A DNA stretch of 64,000 bases, taken from contig OZ176053.1 in NCBI GenBank assembly GCA_964247055.1, positions 9,114,001 through 9,178,000 on the forward strand. The letters run 5' to 3'. The translations under genes and the position numbers were made by a program. Below, piece by piece: positions 12,501-24,500 of this stretch (within the stretch, counting starts at the first letter, position 1; each line of letters opens with the position of its first letter). The DNA comes from Paragordius varius (taxonomy: Eukaryota; Animalia; Nematomorpha). Under the pieces are notes generated by a model. It had not been told where the DNA came from. It was given only the letters and a program-made list of their open reading frames with translations, and made no database searches.

Positions 12501-15500
12501 GCAGCAATTTACATCATTAACACAAAATTATATAATGTTTTAAAAAGAAAATTAACAATAATATTTATATGGTATTAATATATTTTCATAAAATAATTAA
12601 ATTATAGTTTCGTCTTTAAAAAAGCTTTATATATGTATCTCATATTGTTTAACATTAAATTATTTGACAAAATTTAGAAAATAACTTAACATTCTTAACT
12701 AATTAGTGGTACTTATCATTTTTACGGGATGATATTTCTTTGTAATTTGCAGACTATTAGTTTTTATATAATGTTTTTAAATAAACTGTTAATATTATAT
12801 ATTTATAATTAATTTAAAATAATACACTATTTAATATTATATATTTATAATTAATTTAAAATAATACACTATTTAACTTAGTTAAATAATATCCATTCAT
12901 CCCCTAAGATACTTTTTTATTAGATGTAATCTTGTTATACGATTTGATCCACCAAACAATTTCCGTTCCTACGTACAGAGTCGAGGGAGAGCCCGTGCTG
13001 AAGGCTCCTATTACCTGATCATGATTGCCGATAAGTTTCGCAAAAGCATGTTTGCGGATTTGCGCCAATATGCCAGGATCGAAAAAGTATATATTTTGAC
13101 TTCTTTCTTTCTTTCTCATAATAGCTGTTTTAGCAAAATATCAGTATATATTAATAAAACTTATGGTGGTTACCATCATTTTTCTTATACTCGACAGGAG
13201 GCCATCCAGCATAAAATTTATAAGTATTTAATGTTATAAAATTTAAACCTTTAATAATGTGGATTTATATGGAATACGGTATAATATTTTGTAAAAAAGT
13301 GTTTATTTAATATCTTAATTCAATAACGCTAAAAAATTAATAATTAGCACAAAATCCATTCTTGCTTCATTTATAATGTTTGATCTATTGTAGCGTTTTC
13401 TTTCAAGTATCCTTTGAGTATTATCTTTATGATTTCTTAAGAATCAATTATCCAATCTGTTTTTTTCCCTAAAGAATTGATTAGGCGCTAAAAGAGTTTT
13501 TTTCGATATCTTAGGGTTTAACAACTGAATGTTTTAACCGTGCTGGCCCAGCGCCCGAAGACTCTATGACGTTCCATAAAATCGATCAAATGGTGGCTCC
13601 TTATCAACCAATTTTAGGTGAGGGGAAACCGCGGGTCACACTTACTTCAGCTATTAGTTTGGTTAATTGGTAATAAATTTATATTCTGTTTGTGTTCATA
13701 TTTTTTCAAATAGTTTTAATTGAAATTTTAATTATTATAAAACTTTCCTCCCTTTGGTATCATAGGTATTGCTCAAGATTACCTTCAGATGCTTACACAA
13801 AACTATACCCAATTTGCAAAACTAAAGTTGTTGAAATTGTTCAAACTTATAATGGTATGGGCATATTATTGACTTAATGCATTTAAGAAAATCATAAATA
13901 TATTTTATGTATTAAACAGAAAAATGCGTTAAAACAGTATTTGTAAAAATTCTCTTAATGTTCTTATTGCGTAACATAAAGTTCATTTAGATCAGGAGTG
14001 TCAGCTTCGCGGTGAACTTTATTTATGCAAAGAACCCAGTGGGCCGCATTCAAAATATATAAGGGCTCTCTAATAAATATTTTTTAGATTTTAATATAAA
14101 ACATTAAAATGCGTACACAGTATAACTAGCTTATCAATCGATGGATTTATTGGAAAATTTATTTGGTAAATTAATATTTTGCCAGCATATTTTTAAAAAT
14201 TATGGATTTATAAATTTTTCGCGGGCTGTGTGTGGGACAACCCTGATTATCGATCCATAAATTTATTTATTTTCTAATTTGACTTTGTTGATATACAACA
14301 CAAAAGAATTTTATCTTTAAATTTATTTAAAGAGCAATGTAATAATTTGCTCTTTCTCTCACAACAAATTTCAAAAAAAATGGATAAGTAAAAAATTTTA
14401 TATTGTTTGCGTATAGATGGTGGTGTAGATAACAATGTTAAACTTACCAAATTTCAAACAACCCTTAAACTCCCTATCAATTCTGTGCTAAAAGCCCCAA
14501 TTATCGGTGAACCGATGGATTCTCCTAAATTGGCACAAATGGCTGCGGCTCTTAAAGCATGTGAATTATTGCACAAAGCCGGTAATATATAAACTCAATA
14601 TAATATCATAATAATCCGCTTTACATTTGATTGTCAATGGCTGGATTTTTTTGTGAACTAACAGCAGAGGGCACTCTTAGATGATTTGTAAAAACATCTA
14701 GTTCCCAATGATTTTGTTCACAAGGTCATGTAAAAAGTACAATTCTTGCCATAACTTTTTCACCATGTATTCGAAAGATTATGGTTAACATTAATTTTAA
14801 AGTCTAAACAGTGCTGCTACCACTATACCAGAAATGTATGCTAGAGCCCTTTTGTGGAACCTTTTTAGGCTTATACACTGACATCTTTTGTTTATTTTAT
14901 GTTTTTTGTTACTAAAGTTCACTTGTATTAACCAATAGGCAAATCAACGAATCTGACCACATTTATCTAATACTAATCTGATTATTGGAAATAATGTATA
15001 TATATCCGATTAAATATTTAGGTGAATTAAATGACCATCTCCTACCACTCAACAAGGATGCCTATGTTGTCGAACGTGAAGAATTACAGGAATTGGTGAA
15101 AAGTGGTAGTCCTTTACCCGGAACTACGAAACGCAAGCAATTATATCACAAGAGGGTGCGAGATGATCAACTTTAATTTTTACATTTATATATTTTAGTA
15201 TTTATTTAATTAATTTTGATGATTTCATGTGCATTTATATGCATTAGCAATATTTTAAATTATCCTCCAAATAAATTTAATATATTTTTTATCTGTGCTT
15301 AGCAAGGTACATGTAAACTTGTTAATATTTAAAAGATTAAAACTTGAATATATTTTCAAATTCCTGTATAGTTTTCACAAAGTTTGCAAAATGCTATGCC
15401 AATACCAAATGAGCCTTGTTACATGTATGAAATTCAAATGAACCTTAATCATCCAACTCCACAAATACTTAATACCCATGGTCGTAGGTTGTATCGACCA

Positions 15501-18500
15501 GAAAAATATTCTAAAAATTTGGCAATATTAACTAAAAATCCACTATCCACAGTAAAAATAAAAATTGATTTAATTTATTTTCTTCATTAATCACAAAATG
15601 AAGTTAACTCTTTAATATAATGACCTTTTATAAATGGGATCTATCATGATATACCACCTTATTAATAGATAACATTTTTTACGTATTTTTATGGAGGCTA
15701 TAAAAATTATCATAATTTTGTTTATGCTAGATACCTCAATTTCCTATTTATACACGGGCAGGAGAGGTTCATGTGAAAAAGTTTTTGTTATCTGATAAAT
15801 TAATACTCAAAGAATCTCAGATCGAAATGATAAAATCATTTCATCATTATATGATCAAAAATGTTTTGCGTTTGGACAGTAAAAATATGATGTTTGAAGC
15901 AGAAAACAGTCCTTACAATTTTCTAATAACGATTGTGGGTTAGTTTATTTTTTATAACTCGCCATTTTTTTATTATCAATTTTTATTTGTAATTTAACCT
16001 TGTATAATATAATCTTTTATCATTTCCAGATCGTACTACCAAGAATGATAACCACCACATTGATTACAAATTTATGGAATACGTTTTTGCTAAGGAAAAA
16101 GAACCCTTACCTGATCTTAGTAATCCGTCGAGACCCAAGTTTTTGTTTCAACAAAACGAGTAAGAAATTATCATACGTTAATTCATATAGCATTTCCGAC
16201 AATAATCTTACCTCAAATTTTCTACAAACTTTATAAAAAATTTACTTGTACCTTCTCACAAACCATTATAATTATTTAATACCATATAAAATTATATTTA
16301 TTAATACTTTGTTAAATATCTTTTATATTGTAAGTAAAAAAGGTTAATTTTTAATCATTTTTATATAACGGGTTGTGATGCGGTTTTTCCTGCTATGCCA
16401 ATCATAATAAAGAAAGCTAACTATAATTATTTTGACTAATTTAGCTTTATAGATGCCGTAGTGTCCCCATTGTATCGTCAATCCGATCGACCCATGTATT
16501 ATTTTGTGGCTGAAATTATGAAGGACATGACACCCAAAAGCGTTTTCCCAAAAAATAGTGTTATGCGTATGATGGATCGTGGCACATTGGATGACAAAAA
16601 AATTGTATAAATTATGATGGTGTATATATCATTAAGTGTGGTGCTATTTGTTGTTTTTTTTTCAACCTTTACTACACTATATTTAAAATACATACCTAAC
16701 ATTGTCATGCAGTATATACAACAACGAGATATATTGTTGGGCATAAAGTTATATTTTTCGCCTTTTCTTGTCATTAAACAGTAATGATACTCTTTTCCAT
16801 ATATGCTATATGCTATCTGGTAATATTTAATGGATTGATAGATAGATTGCTGTTGTCAAGGGGTCCCTTGGCATCCCGTCGTAACGGGGTTTAGGTGTTT
16901 GATCATTGCATTGAAGGATTTTTATTTAACCTGTAGGTTTGGGTAATATTTTTGTCCCATGTTTTTGCTGGACGACCAACTCTGTTGTTTGTTTGGCTTT
17001 AATGAAAAGCAGAATTTATTTTTGCTAATACTGTAATTGACACTTGATTTATTATCTCATTGTATAAGAGTACATCCTTATTTAATTTTTTGCTATCATA
17101 CATTTTTTAATTAAACGATATCTAATGCTATAAGAAGGGAAGCAAAACATAAAAATATTACTAAATAAAAAAGGATATAAAAATATACCAAACGATATAA
17201 TATATACTCAAAATCTTTTAAGGCAATCACTCGTTTTTAATAAAAATTTCAAATACTAATAATAGGAAATCGCTGAGAACGGTGATGCAGAAAATGAATC
17301 GGGCCAACTCACGGAATCAAATGAGACAACATTTCTCAATTACTATTTTAATCGTTATGGCATTCAACTTACAAACGATACACAAAATCTACTAGATGTA
17401 GACCATACAGTTGGCAGACTGAATTTGTTAGCACCAAGATTCATGACCAAGTATTAGAGAGACCTTTTCTTAGCATTCCCATTTTTCTGGACCGGTTTTT
17501 GACCTGTTAAATAATAATTTATGATTAGAGAATATATTAATATCACAATCGGCAACATATGTTGGAACTAAACAAAAAATTCATTTTATAGTTTTTACAT
17601 TAAAGTGGAATATTGCGTTAAATGAAGGCGTGAGGATATGGTAGGTAGGGCGCAGGACTACACTACCTGCCAGAGTTCAAATCCCGAAACTACGCAATTT
17701 TATCATCATCATTGTCCGCCCTGGGTAGGCGTGTGCTAAAGCCTTCATATGTCCGGATAAAATTTAGTCCTTACCCCTTAATATAAAAAAGGAAAAAAGA
17801 GACTCTAAACTATATTTTTTTAATTATGTTATCAACGTCTGTTAAAAAGTCGGTTATCTGGTCATGAATGCATCCCTCACCGGTCACCACAAATTTCCAT
17901 AATTTTTGTATTTAATAAAGAATTCTTAAATATAATAAAAAAATAAACTTATCAAGGATTGGCGGATTTTCATGGGACCTCTTATAGCTAAGAGATTTTT
18001 TATAATGCTAAATATATGTATACATCTAAAAAATAATTATATAATATTTTGGCATTACAAGTTGGTATTATCTTCAAATAAATGATGAGAATTCGATAAG
18101 GAATTATAGATACACTTATGTGTGGCAAATTGATCAAGACTATATATCCATTGTTATCAATATTATATCATATTGATAGAAATTACGAACACCAAATATG
18201 AACATCTTATTTTACTTAATTCGCATCAATTCATATATTGAAAAAGGGATACCTATACATGTATTGCCGGAATATTATAAAATGATTTTTTGCGATTGTA
18301 CCTATTTATACATTATTACATTAGTCGAAAATTTCTTATTTCTTCATGATTAAATGTTTGATAGGCAAGGTACCTTTTTGCCCGCATCCTCGGACAAAAC
18401 TAAACGATCGAAGCGAGATGATATAAACCAAAAACAAATTTTGGTGCCTGAATTGTGTAGAATCCATCCGTTTCCTACACCTTTGTGGCACAAAACTGTA

Positions 18501-21500
18501 TGCATTCCTGCTATTGTTCATCGTATAAATTATCTGCTGATATGCGATGAAATTCGTCAAAAATTGGCAAATAATGCCCTTCTGGGTAAACTAATACGAT
18601 ATTGACCACTTGATTATATATTACAAAACGCAGCTGTTTTTGGTTTCGGTTCTATTTTTAGTGAAAAATATTTTATTTTTATATCTAAGTAAGTAGTCAA
18701 AAATAACTTACTATCGGGAAAATATGCCATACTATTTTTTTAAGAAAAACTAACTAATTTATTTGTGCCTAAATTAAAATACAATATCTCTCATATAAAT
18801 TATTTTACTTCAACCATAAATTAAACGCAAATCTTTTTAAAAACATTTAAAAAATTAAATACAACTCCTGTAATAAACGTAAACCATTTAATACTCTATC
18901 ATGATACATTATCTGATCAATGATTTATATATAGCATATAGTTAGTATATAAATTTTAACAAATTTAAAATACGGTATATCTTGGCCAATTTTACCCGCC
19001 AATGATCCATTAAAAATTTAAAAAATGTGAATTTTACATCAAAAATCCGTTAAAATATAACAAGAATAATTTATATATTTCATATATTTGTCATTATGAG
19101 ATAGTTAATTCTTTTTCTGTTATATAATTAATTTTACCCCCTTTTGCACCATGTCATAAAGGAGCGTTAGAATTTCATACTTTATTTTAAAAACATAACT
19201 TATGTGTCATTATAGGCCCGGCCGATTTAGATGAAGTTCGTGGTGACGAATTTCCCAAACTGGATTTTGGGTGGAAACGTTTGTGCGAAATATATCTTGC
19301 TGGCGAAATTACCCACAATGAGGAAATAAATGAGTTTAATGATGGTGAAGAAAATAATCAAGATGTTAAAAATGAAAATTTGGACTCTGAAGAAAGTATG
19401 TTACATTATAAGAAGTTGAATGTTACAATTATATCTGTTTCTTTTATGAATATTCATTATAAGCAGTTTAAAATCGTAAATAAATGTCTTTTTTATATAT
19501 TCAACTTTATTAGATGATGCTAAAGTATCAACCGATTTATTGGATCATATGGTAAGAGAAATAACATCGGTAAATGATTTGGACCAAAATGAAACCACAT
19601 ATGAGTATGCTAATGGAGATACAGTAAATCAGATTAAACAAGAAAAAATGGATATCAATAATGATGACGTACCCCTGCTTCATAAAACAAATAGCATGCA
19701 ACAGTTTGAGGCATATCCCACACAAATTGCTGTACATATTTGTTTATCCCATAACTTTTATTAAAAAAATTCATCAAATCTTCTTACCTTTTTATTTATT
19801 TTTCATTTTCGTTTCGAATTTCATACTTATACTATATTTATTATTAGTTTTTAATTTTGCTCATTATATATGCTTTATATAAATTTTATTTTTTGTCAGG
19901 AAAAAGCAGCACCCAAAGTTGTTCATGTTAAGCCTTATCAACCCTTTAATGATGAAAATGCATCTCAAATTGATATTGTCCAAGGTACTTTTTAATTATT
20001 TTACATATTTTATACCCATTCACTACCCCTATCTTTTACATGTATAAAATTTTTACTTATATAATAGAGCCCAAGCCAGATCCTGAAAAACTTGGGAACA
20101 AATTAGTAAATATTAACTTTCTTTACCCAACAAAAGCTATATATTACTATTTTTTTATTTAGGCTTCTATGTAATTATATTTTTATTATCAGGATGATGG
20201 AATCGTTAGAAAAAATGTCAATGACAATACTTTTAATAACGATCGATTAAGTGATGATCCAGTAATAGTTTGCATAAGTCCTTTACATTATAAAATTGTT
20301 TGCAATAAGGAAAATACCGGTTATAATAAAAAAGTCAATAGCTTTTGCAATATTAAAAATGATTTTGCAATAAAACAAGAGGCAAAAAACGAAGATTTTG
20401 AACAAAGTATTGTGAATAAATATGATCAGCATAATTTAAATGACTTAGAGGGTACGACAAATGATACTAGTTTAGATATTTCGTCTTATTTTAATGCACT
20501 CATGGATACTGATGAAAATAATAATGACTCTTGTTTTAAACAAAATAAACCAACAATTAATATATCTACTACACCAACGTCTTATGAGAGAAAGAAAGGA
20601 GAATGTATTCGTGATATAACTAACATGGTTTCCAATGATGGTAAGATTTCCTCCAATGATTTGTCAGATTCTTTTACTGTCAAATTACCAGAAAAGGATA
20701 TGAGTACTATTCATAACTATAAGATAAACGGAGATGCGCACGTAAAGCAATCCACACCTTACACCAAACATGCAAACAAGTCTTATCGACAATACTTGAC
20801 CGAAAAGGGTAATCGAGTAACCAATCATTTCAAAAGAGTTGGAAAAAGTTTTGATAATACACCACGGAAACGATTTTTAGGTTCATATATGGATTTAGAT
20901 TCGTATCTGTCATCATCTAAACCTTCATCCCTTTTGAGAAAAAAATATTTACAAAATCATCATCATTCTAATCGAAATGCCTTGCATAAAACAACGGCTA
21001 TTAAGAACGATTATAGTGATGGAAGGCGCCGTAATACGCATTCACCAAAGAGAAGTTTGCTTGGCCAGAGACCCTATTTTCCTGATAAATAAATCTTAAC
21101 TTTTCCTACATAAAAAATGTATTTCGAATTGATTTACTTTAATGTTTTATTATATACACCATACCGCAATAATACACATTTATGCAATTTTTTGGTAATA
21201 GCGTGTCCTCCGGCTTCATAAATGCTATCAATATTGTATTACCCCATTTCCAACATTTATTAAAACTTTAGAACGATATCACAAGTCTTCTCCTTTCTTC
21301 CTCTCATAACTCAATAGTATCGCCACTAGTTATAACCGTGAACTGAACACGTCCATACTCCATATATTATTTCGCTACACATTTTTTGTCATCCAAAATA
21401 AAATAATTCAATACTTTTACAAAAAAATTAAACCTTTTCCTTCTCTTAACAGTTCTATTAAACCGATAAATATGTTTTAGATTAAACAAAACTCCTTATC

Positions 21501-24500
21501 TGATACAACAAAAACATCAAAAACTAATGGTGATGTGAGTTATGATGAGTTAGAGAGGGGAAAAGCATTAAATAATAATCAATTACCCATTAAAAAAACT
21601 AATGCGTCTCGTACATTGATTGATTTTGATAAAATGACCACGTTCGATATTGATAGTTATTTGAAGTGGGAGGAAACGGATTACAAATATGTGAATGCTC
21701 AATTACAAACATCAGATGATGGTTATGTGCTCACTGATCAAATTGGTAAATATTTTTTTTATCAAATCACATATTTTTATTATATATTGTTTTACATTTC
21801 AATTCCAATATTCTACAAAAATTTTGTAAAAACGGTTTTATTATAAATTGTCATCAAACGGCCAGGAATTATTAGTTGCATAAAAATAAATTCAGTTATT
21901 AGTTTATTTTATAACAAAAATAATTTGTTAAAATATAATATGATGTAAATTAAGCCGTTTGAATTATAATATGTTAATCGAATGTTTAAAATTGTTAAAA
22001 GAGAGGTTCATGAGATAACTTATTGATACGATTAATATACGGATATTTAGTAGTTATGATTTTATATAGGGCAAAATTAGGCATACATCATATACCTATA
22101 GTTTTTTTTTAAACACTGTGAAACCATGTAGGACAATTTAACATAATATACTTTCTAAAAAATACATGAGGCAAGAAAGACCAAAAAATCCTAATTACCA
22201 ATTTATAAAGCCCATATAACCAATAATATGGCTGTTTATAGCACATTAAATATTTTGGATAATTTTTGCGGTGTACGTTGGAAGTCTTTATTATATCAAT
22301 CGATTCGATATGTAGAATTAAAAAGTTGACTTCCCATAAACCTCCGGTTAAATCACTGAAATTTGAAATTTTTAAAAAACCAAGATAAAGAATCACTAAA
22401 AACTCTGGTTTATGCAATGCATATTCAATTAAATTAAAATAGTTTTTTATTAATTAATATTTTGTAATAAATTTATTGTCAATATTCGGATATAAAAACT
22501 TTATAAAGGAGATAATTAAATGTTAAAAGTTTTTTGAGAATATAAAATGTATTTTATAATTATGTACAATTATTACCTTAAAAGTTAGGATGCAAATTAC
22601 CTCTAGGTTCTATAAAATATTATTTTAAAAGCGATACGTACGTATATTCTTTATTATGTAGATCACGCGTAGATACAAAATAATAGCTGATACCTATTCT
22701 ATTTTTATTGTGCGAAAAAATGCTATTTCTAATTTTGGCTATAAATAGTATTGTATTATTTAAACGCATATATCATTTCGATATATGTATTAAGGAGCTA
22801 TCGAAGCATAAGATTTACATATATAATATGTGCGGATCGTGTATAGAAATCAACATTATTGTTTTTAGTTATTTTTGAAAATTAGAACACAGCGTACAAA
22901 ATCACGGGCTGCAAAAAATATGATTAAATATCCGTTTGCACTTCAAGTTGGATCTTAAAATTTTTAAATTTTGATTAAATTATAATTTATGCATGTATTT
23001 TTTTATTTTATTATTTTTAACATAATTTTCTTTTATTATATATTTATTCATTTAAAAATTAAAATATTTATTTGAAAACCACTATTTTATTTCAAACTAA
23101 TTTTTATCCAATTTAAAAAATTTATTAACTTTATGTTTTTGATGAAAAATTGTATAATAACCCAGAAAACTTATATATTTTTTAATTGAAAGCTTATATA
23201 TATCCAAAATAATTTTTATTAATTAATAAGGATATACGGTTTCTTAATGATTAAAGGTTGATATCGATTTATAATTTATGTTATTATAGAAAATAGGTTA
23301 AAAACGATAAAAATAGATGAATAATTTATGATTTGATTGATAAAAGTTAAAAATAAAACAAAAAAATCAAAGGACCAACTTGAAGTGTACAAAGACACTC
23401 TTGAAGTGCAAATGGTATATATATATATATATTGATAGGAAATTTAGTGCTTTTTTGCGAGTAATTTGGAAAAGTAATTTACACTTGTGTTAAATGCTCC
23501 ATATCAAAAAATAGTAAAATTTGAGGAGGACATTTTGTTAAATAATATTTTTGGTGAAATGCTTCATTCCAAAATTCACTAAAATATATCATGAATTATA
23601 TATAAAAAGCAGAACAATAATTTTATTAAAATTTTTATTTTTAGATGCGGGCTTTAAAAGTTCCAAAGATTTTCTTTTGTCTAAAACGGGCAGGTTCTTT
23701 TAAATTAAACGGAAAAATACCGAGACAGTACGATAAAAATTATAAATATATGCTAAATTATCTTGACAAAAAATATATTTTTAGCAAAATTTTTTATTAA
23801 ACGTCATAACACTGTGCGCAAAAAAGGGGGGTAAAAAATAAACGAACATGAGTTTTATCTAGAATAATAAGAGATCCCTTGGAAAATGAGATCCCAAAAT
23901 TTAGGGGCAAAAAATCGCCCAAAAATGGAATTTTTTCATTTTTGACCAGAAGTAGCTTTTTGTCCATATTTTTAAAACTTATTGAGCTAAAACTTTTATA
24001 TATTATATAAAACCTATTATATCTTAAGAAAAATACATTAAATATTTTAAAGTATCAATTAATTTTTTAATTCTACAGAAATTCGTAAATTACATTGTCG
24101 AAATTGAAAAAATTATTTGTAAAAACTCCATTTATTGTTATTATTATTTAGGATTATGACTTGCATTAAACACAAAGAGTTGGTATGTTTAATAAAGACT
24201 ATGTAGCTTTTTAAGTCCCTCAAAAAATTTGTATTTTTTGGAATATTTTCGTTTTTTTATTTTATTTTCCTCATATCCTTCTTGTTTCATAACAACATAA
24301 AGGCGCAATTTTTAAATGCGAATACAGAAAAAACCAGCAAAACTCCAAAATTATGAAATTCCCATTACATTACTTTGGATAAATGTTTTATACACTATTT
24401 AATCCATAGATAATATTAATTAAAAACCTTTTGATATGCAGAAGGCATCGGAAATATAAATTTTGCTCATCAAATAGTTACCTGCTATACACTATATTTA

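Larger units (their letters stand above)
6550..13086 (+). other. Dicer DExH helicase (Hel1-Hel2i-Hel2) exons
   Basis: Walker A GTGKT, DECH, motif [22 protein letters not shown] all intact. Confidence 0.93.
13515..18585 (+). other. Dicer DUF283, platform, PAZ and connector exons
   Basis: [20 protein letters not shown]; [39 protein letters not shown]; [10 protein letters not shown]; [10 protein letters not shown]; DAVVSPLYR; [17 protein letters not shown]; [10 protein letters not shown]. Confidence 0.92.

Noticed and set aside
13198-13223. Extra Dicer microexon (CAG|GAGGCC...AA|GT)
   Set aside because: It would shift the frame, and exons 9 and 10 already join in phase with consensus spacing.
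17627-17700. Functional tRNA gene
   Set aside because: A and B boxes are present, but I could not fold a full cloverleaf, so it is called a SINE-like relic.
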